From IMG/VR virus record IMGVR_UViG_2541047850_000015: a stretch of 40,635 nucleotides of DNA; one strand, given 5' to 3'. This DNA comes from a virus (taxonomy: Duplodnaviria > Heunggongvirae > Uroviricota > Caudoviricetes). The notes beneath the pieces are model-generated. The model saw nothing but the letters and a program-made list of their open reading frames with translations. It was not told the origin of the DNA and ran no database searches. Every line of letters starts with the position of its first letter. The first letter of the stretch is position 1. Below, in pieces: positions 8,403-18,458 of the stretch. Position numbers and translations under genes: made by a program.

Positions 8403-8753
8403 GTGAATACTCAGTCTGTCATCATGGTTTTCCTTGGGCTGATTGTCGCAAAACTATATCCAGACTGGTGGAAAGGGGCATTAGCTACTGTCGCCATCTA
8501 TTTGCTTTTATCCATCGTTAAGCGATCACTCGCTGAGACCGTAAATCAAGCAAAACGTTTCTCATTTAAGAGTTTAATAAACTATGTTACTGGGCTTATT
8601 TTTTGCCTTTCAATTCTGATCGCTTCGGCTTTTTTGCCCGTATCAATAGCTAATTTTTTTGGCGCACCATATGAGGTAGGTTATCTATTCTCTGTTTCCT
8701 GTCTTGCCATTGCTCTTCTTTCCCTGTGGACGAGATCAAAGAATAAAAATTAG
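8403..8753 (+). CDS. Small integral membrane protein (about 4 predicted TM helices), GTG start with AAGGAGG RBS
   Basis: Four hydrophobic stretches of about 20 aa; lysogen-direction strand, convergent with gp16 homologue; position equivalent to P22 sieA. Confidence 0.5.
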   Translation: MNTQSVIMVFLGLIVAKLYPDWWKGALATVAIYLLLSIVKRSLAETVNQAKRFSFKSLINYVTGLIFCLSILIASAFLPVSIANFFGAPYEVGYLFSVSCLAIALLSLWTRSKNKN

Positions 8754-8770
8754 CCATCCGTGGCTGCCAG

Positions 8771-10786
8771 TTATTGAGCTTCTTTTTGTGATGCCTGTGC
8801 GACTCTGGTGAGCGATTGTGTGACCGTACTGATCGCTCTGTCATATGCTGTGCTACCTTTTGGCGTATTTGCCAGACGTAACAAGGCATTTCGTATAACA
8901 GGGCTTTCGTATGCCTTCGCTGCTCCTCCTACGACACCAGCAGCAGGAACAACAAACGCAGCCGTTTTTAGCATCCCCGCTAATACTGCTGCGTTTATGA
9001 TGCCACCACCAACTAACAATCCATAAAGCTGCTGACCATTTAAGTTTTGAACGTTCGCTTTTGCCGCGTGTCTTGTATCGTTGAGGTATTTAATAACGCC
9101 GTCCAGTTCCTTTCCATGTACGCCTTTAAAGAAAGTTGCTGATTGCTTCCTGTTCCGGTGTAACGCATTAATAAACTTTTCAACACTAATATTTCCAGAC
9201 GGATCAGTCGCCTTATCTACAGCATTCTGAACTATGGCTGCTCGTGCGTTTTGCCTACCATTGTCATCCAGAAGCCTGTAAAGCTGAGAACGTTCTGATG
9301 GGTTTTGGCTAAAAACGAGTTTTGTTACATCCTCAGGTGTAGCCTTGCCGCTGGCTATTGCCTTTTGAACGCGCGTTCTTCCCATCATGTCATTGAATCT
9401 AGCCCATGAGCGATCAACCCTAGACATATTGGCAGCTTCTTCTGAGCCTAGTTTTTGGGATACTGCTTTTTTCATATCCGCTGTATATGCCTTGTAGACA
9501 ATATCGCTGGCTTTCTGGAGCGTATCTTTATCAACAGTGTCAGATGACGCCATAAATCGCTTTCGAAGATCGGTTCTGTTTTCCCTCGCCAGACGCAGGT
9601 CATTGGGTCCGCTGGTGATATCGTCTTTAAATTGCTGCAAGACTTTTACCGCGGCTCTATCCTGAGATTTGCCCGGGCGGCTTAACACGGCAATCTGATT
9701 GTCGATAGCTTTTACCGTGTTTGAGAGATCGACAGGGGTATCCCCCATAGCGTCAATTATGCGGTTATATCGCTTTCCTGCTGCCTCAATGAATTTTTGC
9801 TGCCCTTTAGTCGCAGACTCATAAAGCTGTTTATCTGAAATTCCCCCCAGACCATCGCTAAATGTTCTGACTAAATTTTCTCGTGCTTGTTGTTGATTCA
9901 GTCGGTTCTTACCGGTTCCAAAAAAAGGAACTCTTTCGCCTAATGTTTGGGTCTGCCCCTGCATAAAGGTTTTATCTTTCAGTGTGTCACTGGTCATTAA
10001 CGGCAGGTTTCTTTCCGACGCAAAATCGACAGCAGCCTTTGCTTCCGGTGACATCTCACCGCGAACAGCCCTGGAAACCGCACTAACTGTATTTTCCAGC
10101 CCCTTGCCAACACCACCAATGCCAGCAGAAATTACCGTTTGTGCAGGATCAATATCTTCTCCGCCAGCAAGGCTGGTGCCACCCTGTAGTGCTAAATCTG
10201 TAGCAGCTGATTTCCCTATGGCACCAAGCACCGTTCCAGCCCTGCCCGCTGGTGTGAACGCTAACGCATTAGCAAGAAACGAAGTCAGGTCTTGCGGTGA
10301 TAAACCTGGCTTGTTCAGGGCATAATCACCGGATGGCAGGGAAACGATAGTGTTACCCTTCTCATCCTGCCTTAATTTCGCCCCCATGCTCTGAAGAATC
10401 TTTTCCTGAGACGCGTCGGAGCCGAAAAGTTGAGACCATCCAGCCTTCAGGGCATCCATGCTTAGTGAGTTCAACTCAGGGGCAGCCCCAACATTTTGCA
10501 GTCTCTCCATTTCTGGTGTCATTCGGCTTTCACCGGTAACGGCATCGCGCATTGCAGCACCTAAAACAGCCCCTTGCTCAGCAGAGCGATCTAGTCCTTC
10601 CTTCTGCTGAGTGGCAAGCTGTGCATATCCTGATGCAAGTGAGTTGTCTGCTGGCGATTGCTGAACACCTTGTTGTGTTGGCGCTGACTGACCAGCAAAA
10701 TACTCATCAATGGCGGCCCCAATATCTTCCGTGCTCGTACCATCAGGAAAGGTAAATGTCTTACCATTTGCAGTTACTTTCATCAT
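8771..10786 (-). CDS. Ejection (DNA transfer) protein, P22 gp16 homologue by synteny
   Basis: 671 aa at the position and size of P22 gp16, following gp20/gp7 homologues. Confidence 0.65.
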   Translation of the reverse strand: MMKVTANGKTFTFPDGTSTEDIGAAIDEYFAGQSAPTQQGVQQSPADNSLASGYAQLATQQKEGLDRSAEQGAVLGAAMRDAVTGESRMTPEMERLQNVGAAPELNSLSMDALKAGWSQLFGSDASQEKILQSMGAKLRQDEKGNTIVSLPSGDYALNKPGLSPQDLTSFLANALAFTPAGRAGTVLGAIGKSAATDLALQGGTSLAGGEDIDPAQTVISAGIGGVGKGLENTVSAVSRAVRGEMSPEAKAAVDFASERNLPLMTSDTLKDKTFMQGQTQTLGERVPFFGTGKNRLNQQQARENLVRTFSDGLGGISDKQLYESATKGQQKFIEAAGKRYNRIIDAMGDTPVDLSNTVKAIDNQIAVLSRPGKSQDRAAVKVLQQFKDDITSGPNDLRLARENRTDLRKRFMASSDTVDKDTLQKASDIVYKAYTADMKKAVSQKLGSEEAANMSRVDRSWARFNDMMGRTRVQKAIASGKATPEDVTKLVFSQNPSERSQLYRLLDDNGRQNARAAIVQNAVDKATDPSGNISVEKFINALHRNRKQSATFFKGVHGKELDGVIKYLNDTRHAAKANVQNLNGQQLYGLLVGGGIINAAVLAGMLKTAAFVVPAAGVVGGAAKAYESPVIRNALLRLANTPKGSTAYDRAISTVTQSLTRVAQASQKEAQ

Positions 10787-12234
10787 TCCACCGTAAATTG
10801 AATGCCTGATTTTGACGTGTAGCTACCTCCTGCTGATTGCTGAGTAGCTGGCTGTTGCCTTGATGATTTCTTCCCGCTATTACCAACATTAACGTTATAT
10901 TGCTGGTTGTAATTGTCGGTATATTGCTGAATGTCGCGCATTGATTGTTGCAGCGCTTCAGGACTTGAGAAATCAGGCTTTGGCATACCCTGAAAATACC
11001 TATTGGCCTCTGCTTCGGTGTTGATGCCAGATGCCCCCATATCTCGGGCTGCTGCAATCCCCTGATTTTGCATTTTGCCCATGATTCGCTGTGCAGCGTT
11101 GTATAGCCTCCTCTCCTCAACACCAGATGCCCGGCTACGAATATCTGCACCAAGAGCAAAAGAACCTGAAGAACCTGTAATACCTGTCATGAAGCCAAGA
11201 TCGTCAATTGATGCGCCAGAAATTGCATCAAGATCTTTCTTCATTTCGTAATTCTGTGCATTAGCTGCCGATGTAGCCGGAGCAGCAATAGAACTGGCGG
11301 GGACGCGAATCATATTGCCCTCGTTGTCTATTCCTTCGTAGAACGCGTTAGCACCAGCGCCGTGAAGCTTCCTACCAACCGTTACCGTTCTGCCATCTGC
11401 CAGTTGCACAACATTCTCCCCGCCAGCACCAGGACGGCCTCGAACACGAAGATATGTCTTTTGTTGCTCTGGAGACAGGCTGTTGAAATATTGATATTCT
11501 TTAACAGATGCAGGAACAGCACCTCCAGCAGTGCGCAGGGAGTTTTCACGGCTAACAGCAATGCTTTGCGCCTTTAAACCTTCCCCAGCTTTATTGCTGC
11601 GAATCGTCTCTGCCAACTTGCCACGCTCAATATCCCGACCTTCCATTTGATCTTTGATATCGAAATACTTCTCATGACCGAGAGAAAATAGTGCCAGATT
11701 ACCTGCGAAGTGCTGGAAGCCCTGCGGGTCATTAACCTGCATTTCCGCAATAGTTTCTGGAGGGATACCTAAACGACGCATCTCCTTTTCGTTATCCATC
11801 ATGAACCTGCCAAATGCACCCGGACCAAGCGACGAAGCTACCTGAGCCTTGAGCGCCAGATTGCCAAAATCATTCCGCTGGGCGTCATCGACATACCCCA
11901 TGCCTTTACGGACTTCCTCAAACTCTTCGGGGAATGCTGTAATAAGATTACGCATCTGCTCCCTGTCGCCGGACGCATAAGCATCCGCATAACCTTTCTG
12001 GAATGCCGCTTTACGCTCCTGCTGTTGCTGCTGCTTATAAATATCAGCAACTCCAGCCAGACCACGTAACGCGGTCAGACCAACGTTATTTGCACCTGAT
12101 CGAGCCAGTTCATTGTTTTCGCGAATCAGACCAAGCGTTGCGTTAATGTCGCTTGCCTTTGGCGCATTCTCATTTTGCGCACCAATTCCAGCCAGAAAAC
12201 CACCAGAATTAATACCCTGTTGCCACGTAGCCAT
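10783..12234 (-). CDS. Ejection protein, P22 gp20 homologue by synteny
   Basis: 483 aa (P22 gp20 is about 471 aa), low-complexity Gln/Ala/Gly-rich, overlapping stop/start with neighbours. Confidence 0.65.
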   Translation of the reverse strand: MATWQQGINSGGFLAGIGAQNENAPKASDINATLGLIRENNELARSGANNVGLTALRGLAGVADIYKQQQQQERKAAFQKGYADAYASGDREQMRNLITAFPEEFEEVRKGMGYVDDAQRNDFGNLALKAQVASSLGPGAFGRFMMDNEKEMRRLGIPPETIAEMQVNDPQGFQHFAGNLALFSLGHEKYFDIKDQMEGRDIERGKLAETIRSNKAGEGLKAQSIAVSRENSLRTAGGAVPASVKEYQYFNSLSPEQQKTYLRVRGRPGAGGENVVQLADGRTVTVGRKLHGAGANAFYEGIDNEGNMIRVPASSIAAPATSAANAQNYEMKKDLDAISGASIDDLGFMTGITGSSGSFALGADIRSRASGVEERRLYNAAQRIMGKMQNQGIAAARDMGASGINTEAEANRYFQGMPKPDFSSPEALQQSMRDIQQYTDNYNQQYNVNVGNSGKKSSRQQPATQQSAGGSYTSKSGIQFTVE

Positions 12235-12244
12235 TGATTACCCC

Positions 12245-12934
12245 TTAAAACAACGAGCCAAGCAGACCAAGACCAGCACCGATACCAGCACCCCACGGAG
12301 TTGATAGCTCGAGAGCACTGGCTATGCCACCACCCAAAAGCGCACCGGATGCAGCACCACTAACACCCTGCCGCAATGCTGACGGTCGGTTGGCGTTTGC
12401 CGCTGCAAGAGCCGCGCTTTGCTGTGAAATCTGGCTCATGTTGTTGGCATATGTCTGCCCGGCGTTTGCCTGCCCCTGAAGAGCGCCAAGACCGATATTT
12501 GCCAGGTTGTTGTAATTGTTCATTTGTCCAGACAGCCATTGCTGACCAAGCGTTGGTGCGATTGTTGCTAACTGATTACTGGTTGCGGTGGAACCCAATC
12601 CACCTGTTGCTTCCGCTGCCGCCAGACTCTGATAGCGAGCCTGACCAGCAAGATCTTTGTACTGCTGAGAGTTGTAATACTGGTTAAGTGCCTGACCTTG
12701 CCCTTCCAGAGACGATAAGTTCTCAAGGCTGCCGACATACTTCCCAGCCAGAGGAGTAAACGGCTTCAGGTTGTTCATGATGGTATTGAACTGCTGATTT
12801 TGCAGGTCTGCGGCATACTTCTGAGCTTCTGCGGCATACTTTGCACTTTTATCAGAGCCACCTTTCCCGCCTTTTTCAGGGCAATAAGGTTCCTCGCCGC
12901 GCAGTTTTCTGCCCAGCTTAAATGCATATAACAT
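12245..12934 (-). CDS. Ejection protein, P22 gp7 homologue by synteny
   Basis: 229 aa, same length and position as P22 gp7. Confidence 0.65.
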   Translation of the reverse strand: MLYAFKLGRKLRGEEPYCPEKGGKGGSDKSAKYAAEAQKYAADLQNQQFNTIMNNLKPFTPLAGKYVGSLENLSSLEGQGQALNQYYNSQQYKDLAGQARYQSLAAAEATGGLGSTATSNQLATIAPTLGQQWLSGQMNNYNNLANIGLGALQGQANAGQTYANNMSQISQQSAALAAANANRPSALRQGVSGAASGALLGGGIASALELSTPWGAGIGAGLGLLGSLF

Positions 12935-12936
12935 GG

Positions 12937-13392
12937 CTATCTCCCGTGATTCAGGAAGTCGATTAGTTCTTCACGTGTGGCGCTGTAAAACGTCACGTCA
13001 TCCACGCCCTTGAAGTATTTCTTGATGGTTCCGACACGCTTAAGGCCAATCATTGCGCAGTACATCTGCCCGTGGCGGAATTTGCGTGCAGCGAACGATG
13101 TGACGCACTGAACGGTGGTGTTAGTCAGAATGTATCGCCAGAACGCCAGCCCGATTTCCTTGCTGAATCCGCGAACCTCTGGCAGGTACATGGCGTGGCA
13201 ATCGAATGTAAGCGGCTGAATCTCCTGATAGTAAACAATGCCGCCAAACTGACCGTGCACGTTAACCTCAAAGTAACGGCATTCAGGCTTGTAGTCGTAT
13301 CCATCACCGTTGTTGCTCCCGGCAATAATGTCAGGGTGATTTCCTACTGCTTCGATCAGGTCGATGTTTCGCGTTGGTTTGAATGTAATCAT
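12937..13392 (-). CDS. Virion accessory protein, P22 gp14 position
   Basis: 151 aa between tail-needle and gp7 homologues; assignment by gene order only. Confidence 0.5.
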   Translation of the reverse strand: MITFKPTRNIDLIEAVGNHPDIIAGSNNGDGYDYKPECRYFEVNVHGQFGGIVYYQEIQPLTFDCHAMYLPEVRGFSKEIGLAFWRYILTNTTVQCVTSFAARKFRHGQMYCAMIGLKRVGTIKKYFKGVDDVTFYSATREELIDFLNHGR

Positions 13393-14093
13393 CAGTCAAT
13401 CAGCCCATGTAATCTAAGTGCCGTTTCAAGCGCCAGAATACGCTGCCGCGCCTGCTGCAAACCTGTAGCGAGAGCTGCGACTTCGGATTGTGTGTACGTA
13501 GTGCCGACCGTGTATGACTGGTTAGCGTTGAATGAGCCAAGAAGAGGTGTACCTGTGGCTGCAGTCCATCCGGTATTTCTTGCTCCAACAACCTGAATTC
13601 CATCAACTGAATATGATGTTTTTACATCCAGCGGTGACGCAAGAGACTGCAATTTGGTTACGGTTTTCGATACGTAATCACTCTTAATGTCAGATACATC
13701 GCTTTCTACGCCATCCAGTCTTTTGTCAACAGTGACCAGATGCGCCTGAATATCGATAACCTCATCCAGCAAGTAATCAACATCGCTACGCAGTACGACT
13801 ATCTTCCCTTCGGCGGTTGTTAACCTGACCTCAAGGAGATTTATCGCTTTTGTGTTTGCGGTGATTCTTGAATCGTGATCTGCCAGTTCGACGTCCTGTT
13901 CATCGTTTTTCACCTGAGCATCGTAAGCGCCCTGACCAGCCTGATTTGCCTTCCCGGCAATTGCGCCGACATCAGCCCCCTGATTAATGACATACAGCAG
14001 GTAAGACTGGCTGAATATATTGCGTGGAAGGATTGATGTATCGAGCCGCGTCGCCTGCACAATAACAGGGGTGTTGAGATTCGAATCAGCCAT
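13392..14093 (-). CDS. Tail needle protein (P22 gp26-like), start moved to [10 protein letters not shown] (TAATG overlap with upstream gene)
   Basis: [73 protein letters not shown]... and C-terminus ...[19 protein letters not shown] resemble P22 gp26; 233 aa. Confidence 0.85.
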   Translation of the reverse strand: MADSNLNTPVIVQATRLDTSILPRNIFSQSYLLYVINQGADVGAIAGKANQAGQGAYDAQVKNDEQDVELADHDSRITANTKAINLLEVRLTTAEGKIVVLRSDVDYLLDEVIDIQAHLVTVDKRLDGVESDVSDIKSDYVSKTVTKLQSLASPLDVKTSYSVDGIQVVGARNTGWTAATGTPLLGSFNANQSYTVGTTYTQSEVAALATGLQQARQRILALETALRLHGLID

Positions 14094-15511
14094 TACTCGA
14101 TCCTTATCTGAGCGCCAGACAGAGTGACAGGTGACTTCGTGATAACGCGCAATTTGAAGCCGACATTTTTCCTGATGCGCCCTACTCGCTTCCACAAAAC
14201 GCGTTTGTCGTAAACGAACGGTTCATTCTGCTCAATCATCTGCTCTTTTCCCCAATTGATGCCGTCAGTGGTTGCAGAGAGGAACAGGCGGTCAGCGTAC
14301 TGAGCGACACCAGTCGATGATTCAACTTCCAGATCAAAACATCTGGCGTTCTCAGCTTTGAAGAGTGGTGTAAACAACAGGTGTTCTTGCTGTAGCCCAT
14401 ACTGGCTGCTGATATCGAACTGCAATTTGCCGATAACCGATTCCAGCTTATCTCCGCACGTTATCTGATTGCCTTCGTAAATGAAGTCGATAGCGCGGTA
14501 CACATCGTCATACAAGCCTGTTTTCAGCACACACCATTGCGGACCATTGGCGCTTGAAGATGCGTCGTACACGAGAACATGGCGCGGAAGGTGGATAATC
14601 AGCAACTCATGAGCATCAAAGCGCAACGATTCCATCACGCCATCAGCCAGTTCATCAGCAGTGTAGGAGCGGAGGATTTTCTCAATGCTCGCGCTGGCGA
14701 TTGGTGACACCTGACCGGAGCCGATGATGTACACAGACGGCGCACCTGTTGCCGGATTGCTGATGAACGCATACGAATCAGCAAACGGCGTTTTGCAGTA
14801 GGTTCCGGCGATGCCTTTCTGCACCATCAGCGATGGCTGGGCGACATACAAAGCGGCACCAACAATGGTTGCGCCCGTCAGGGAGAAATATTCAATCGTC
14901 GATGAGCCAAAGCAGACGATGAAGTCTCGCCATGTTCCGATGCCGATGATGCCGTCCGGCTGCGATTCTGCGCGATATTGTGCGCTGTAGCGGTCAGGAT
15001 GAGATTCGTCTTCAAGGTCAGTGATAAACCATGAATCAGTACCGTCTTTTGACCACGCATAACGCCCACGTAATCGCGTAATGTCGCGGACTGAGCCTAA
15101 CTCATACTGCGTGAATCCGCTGTCTGTAGGCCAGTTTGAGACGGTTTTAACCGTACCATCATAGCGATACTCGACCAGTTGACCATTAACGCCTACAGCC
15201 TGAGATGTTCGACCATGCGCCATTGATACGCGACCACTTCCGGCGACGTCACCGACTTCACTTTCTCCTTTGTACAGCTTACCACCACATACGCGATAAA
15301 CAGCATTCTGCGCCATGTTGTACTCGACGCCCCGCGATACGCCGTTCACATCAGAACGTTTGGCAATGCCCGGGAATGAGCGAAGATATCCGCTGCTGTT
15401 GAGTATTTCTTTGGGCGTAGCCAGCATATTCACTGGCAGATAGTCGATATAGTCGGCGTTTCGAAAGTCTTTGCCGACACCTTTCATAAGCGGAAGTTGC
15501 TGAATCGGCAT
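14093..15511 (-). CDS. Tail accessory / head completion protein, P22 gp10 homologue
   Basis: 472 aa, identical length and position to P22 gp10. Confidence 0.8.
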   Translation of the reverse strand: MPIQQLPLMKGVGKDFRNADYIDYLPVNMLATPKEILNSSGYLRSFPGIAKRSDVNGVSRGVEYNMAQNAVYRVCGGKLYKGESEVGDVAGSGRVSMAHGRTSQAVGVNGQLVEYRYDGTVKTVSNWPTDSGFTQYELGSVRDITRLRGRYAWSKDGTDSWFITDLEDESHPDRYSAQYRAESQPDGIIGIGTWRDFIVCFGSSTIEYFSLTGATIVGAALYVAQPSLMVQKGIAGTYCKTPFADSYAFISNPATGAPSVYIIGSGQVSPIASASIEKILRSYTADELADGVMESLRFDAHELLIIHLPRHVLVYDASSSANGPQWCVLKTGLYDDVYRAIDFIYEGNQITCGDKLESVIGKLQFDISSQYGLQQEHLLFTPLFKAENARCFDLEVESSTGVAQYADRLFLSATTDGINWGKEQMIEQNEPFVYDKRVLWKRVGRIRKNVGFKLRVITKSPVTLSGAQIRIE

Positions 15512-15520
15512 TTATTCACC

Positions 15521-15982
15521 TCACGTACTCGGATCATCTTTCTCGATGTAAAACCGATTCCACGTAAACGCGCTTTTTAACCCCGCCCCGCGAGGCATAT
15601 CATTTCGCCGCTCAAGTGGTGGTATTTTGGTTAAAGCGATACAGATTGTTTGATATGCACTGTCAGCAGCGGTAAGGAGAGCGTCTGACGGCTGAATGAC
15701 GTTATCCATGCACACTTGCACAGCGAGTTTCAAAGCGACGCCATCATTTGCCCATGCAGGGATACCTGAATCATCGTCAGGTAACGGCATGATGCCGTTT
15801 TCTGTATCAGCAAACTGATATCCAAGCTCGATACCTTTAGCCTGCCATGCTGCCATCATGTCTTCGAGGTCATTAATGGCATCTTCAATTGCCTGAGGGT
15901 CAGCATCTGTCAACGTGGCATTGGAATACAGCCCGGCTTTTCGTAAAGCCTTTAGAACGAGATCACCCTTCGTTTTCGCCAT
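15521..15982 (-). CDS. Head-tail adaptor, P22 gp4 homologue
   Basis: 153 aa between coat region and gp10 homologue. Confidence 0.7.
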   Translation of the reverse strand: MAKTKGDLVLKALRKAGLYSNATLTDADPQAIEDAINDLEDMMAAWQAKGIELGYQFADTENGIMPLPDDDSGIPAWANDGVALKLAVQVCMDNVIQPSDALLTAADSAYQTICIALTKIPPLERRNDMPRGAGLKSAFTWNRFYIEKDDPST

Positions 15983-16151
15983 CTTCTTCCGCCTTAGCCA
16001 CTTTTTGCTTCGTTGCGGTTTCTTCAGGAGTTTTTACCCAGCCTTTTTTCAGGTGAGATTTAACTTCTTCGTCATCAACGATGATGTAATCCAGCGAGTG
16101 GGGGCCGCAGGTGATCATCGATCCCGGCTTATAAAGCATGATTTGAGACAT
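15963..16151 (-). CDS. Small hypothetical protein (about 62 aa, start MSQIMLYKPG...) between coat and gp4
   Basis: GGAG RBS then ATG immediately after the coat terminator; track ORF extended upstream through the terminator. Confidence 0.45.
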   Translation of the reverse strand: MSQIMLYKPGSMITCGPHSLDYIIVDDEEVKSHLKKGWVKTPEETATKQKVAKAEEDGENEG

Positions 16152-16160
16152 TTCGATCTC

Positions 16161-16188
16161 CAAAAAAAAAGAGGGGCCGAAGCCCCTT
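16161..16188 (-). terminator. Rho-independent terminator after coat gene (GGGGCTTCGGCCCC then T9 on minus strand)
   Basis: Perfect GC hairpin with TTCG loop followed by nine T on the coding strand. Confidence 0.8.
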
Positions 16189-16191
16189 GGA

Positions 16192-17451
16192 TTACTGGTT
16201 AGCCAATACCAGGCCGGTGAATTCCGGGACCAGTACGCTTGCGCCAGCCAGCGTGGTGAAGCGAGTCCACGTTTTGCCAGATTTAGCGTCGAATTGGTAA
16301 GCCATGATGATGGTCGCACCCTGCTCGGTCGTTGCGGTCATAACCTGCGGACCCTGGCCGGTAGGGAATGCCAACTTGCCATACATCAGCTCAACAGAAC
16401 CCTCAGCGAAGAAGATGTTGGAAGCCGCAGCCTTCTTGTTGAGGATGGTGATCGCCGCGTTTGCCACCGGATTGGCGGTAACGTTCTGGTAAGGAATAGA
16501 CGCCTTATCCGCGTTGTCTGGTGGCAGAATTTTCGGGCTGATGGTAACGGTAGTGCCATTTACTGCCAGGACGCGGAATACCTGCGGCTTACCTGTATCC
16601 ACCTTCTTGATCATGTGGACACTGTTAACGCCTGCGATAGTGAATGCATCGCCGACAGCCAGTACGCCAGCAGTGGATACGGTGATGTCACCCTGGCGGT
16701 TATCGGTAGGCGCGCCGTTGGAATCCATCGCGGTAACTTTGTGTTTTACTGCGCCGCCGAGAGTTACAGCGGTAGCTGAACCAGCCTTCATTGCGCCAGC
16801 ATAATCAACGCGGAAACTGTCGAAGGATGCCACAGGTGGAATCTGAGCTTTCTCATAGGCTGTCAGAGTTGCACCGACCGCATATGCGCGAGAGCCAAGC
16901 TCCTTAGCCAGGTCTTTGTAGTTGAACGGGTTGTAGAACGCCTTGCGCTGACCACCCTGAGGCACACCAATGGACAGCATCATTGCATCAACGTCAGCCG
17001 ATGCGTTCCAGAGTTCTTCGCCGAGAGTGCTACCGGTGGACGCCGATTTAATGGTGACCACGTTGGTGGAGCGAGCGACCACCTCATCGACGATCATGTT
17101 ATCAACCCACGCCGCCAACTGGCGACCCGCCGCCTTGCCAGCCTGCTCTTTGTGCCACGGATCGCGCATTTCTTTTGCGTCCAGTTCGTAGATGACGTTC
17201 TCTGGCTCGCGGAAGCGAGCAGGCACCTGACGCTGAACGAGTGAGTTTGCAGTGGCCGAAGTCAGATCAAGTCCGCTCACGGTTTTCAGGTGGTAGCCCT
17301 GAGGGCGATAAACAACGTCGCCAGCGCGCTGCATTTCAATGTCGCCCGGTCGGAACTTGCTGCACTCGCGGGAAACGACATTGGACGCCTCAAAACTATC
17401 AATGACGCTCTCAAAGAGGATTTCGAGGTCTTTTGTTAACTGGTTAGACAT
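16192..17451 (-). CDS. Major capsid (coat) protein, P22-like phage cluster
   Basis: 419 aa at coat position between scaffold and gp4, followed by strong terminator. Confidence 0.8.
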   Translation of the reverse strand: MSNQLTKDLEILFESVIDSFEASNVVSRECSKFRPGDIEMQRAGDVVYRPQGYHLKTVSGLDLTSATANSLVQRQVPARFREPENVIYELDAKEMRDPWHKEQAGKAAGRQLAAWVDNMIVDEVVARSTNVVTIKSASTGSTLGEELWNASADVDAMMLSIGVPQGGQRKAFYNPFNYKDLAKELGSRAYAVGATLTAYEKAQIPPVASFDSFRVDYAGAMKAGSATAVTLGGAVKHKVTAMDSNGAPTDNRQGDITVSTAGVLAVGDAFTIAGVNSVHMIKKVDTGKPQVFRVLAVNGTTVTISPKILPPDNADKASIPYQNVTANPVANAAITILNKKAAASNIFFAEGSVELMYGKLAFPTGQGPQVMTATTEQGATIIMAYQFDAKSGKTWTRFTTLAGASVLVPEFTGLVLANQ

Positions 17452-17471
17452 AGGTATTTAGCTCCGATGGA

Positions 17472-18368
17472 TTATTTTTTAGCTTTGTTCTTCGCCGCCC
17501 GGTATTCGGTGTAATCACCGGTGTCGCGCGCTTTTTCGAGAAGTTTGTCGAGGTTATTGATTACTGCGCCGTTGCTCCCCTTAACTGTCGGGGTTGTGGC
17601 TGCCGTGGTTTTTGCTTTTGGCATGATTCTGGCCTTCGATTCGATACGTTCCAGCAGACGACCAATTGCTACGGGGTTGGTAGCTTCTGCCAGTTGCTTG
17701 CGCAGTTCAGCGTTGCGACCGAGTGCCAGAACAACGATTTCCGGCTTCTCTGACTCAAGAAGGATCATGTCCTGAATGTGAACAGGAACATCTTCGCGTA
17801 CAGCCTGCTCTGCATCCTGGTAACCAGCCACTTTCAGTGCTTTTACTCTATGCATGTAATTGGCTGCTTTCTGCTGAAGCGTTGCGGTACGCGCCTCTTC
17901 CTCTCGTTTCCGCTCTCGTACTTGCTCCTGGTATTTGCCGTTGTCCTCCGCCCACTTAGCCATGCGTTGCTGGTAGATTTCTTCATCGAAACCGATGTCC
18001 TCATCATCCAGTTTTGGCATTCGCGGTGGTTGAGTGATTACCGGCTGCTGCTCGACGGGTTTCTGGGACTGACGCATCAGCTCTTTCAGCTCGCGGTCTT
18101 TCTCTTTAATCGTCTTGCGCAGGTGTTTTACCAGTCCATGCTCAGCGCCATCTTCGCTGGTTGGCGAATCCAGCTTTTCGTCACCAAAGTAGAATTCCTG
18201 TTCTGATTCGTCGTCATCAGTTTCAGTAGCTTCCTCTGCATCATTGCCGGAGGACTCACTGCCATCTTCTGTTTCGACTTCTTCAGCCAGTTCGACATCA
18301 TCAGGAATCTGCTCTGATGTATCGGTTTCTATTTCAACTTCTGGTGTGTTTTCTGCCATCTGGTCCAT
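17472..18368 (-). CDS. Scaffolding protein (P22 gp8-like)
   Basis: 298 aa, acidic N-terminus, charged coiled-coil middle, basic C-terminal helix-turn-helix-like tail; position between portal and coat. Confidence 0.8.
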   Translation of the reverse strand: MDQMAENTPEVEIETDTSEQIPDDVELAEEVETEDGSESSGNDAEEATETDDDESEQEFYFGDEKLDSPTSEDGAEHGLVKHLRKTIKEKDRELKELMRQSQKPVEQQPVITQPPRMPKLDDEDIGFDEEIYQQRMAKWAEDNGKYQEQVRERKREEEARTATLQQKAANYMHRVKALKVAGYQDAEQAVREDVPVHIQDMILLESEKPEIVVLALGRNAELRKQLAEATNPVAIGRLLERIESKARIMPKAKTTAATTPTVKGSNGAVINNLDKLLEKARDTGDYTEYRAAKNKAKK

Positions 18369-18458
18369 TTGTTACCCCTGTTTACTCGATGTTCAGCCCA
18401 TCGGAAGGCAATAGGGTGCCAGGCCTCATAAAGACAGCCATTGCACGTTATTGGTTAA

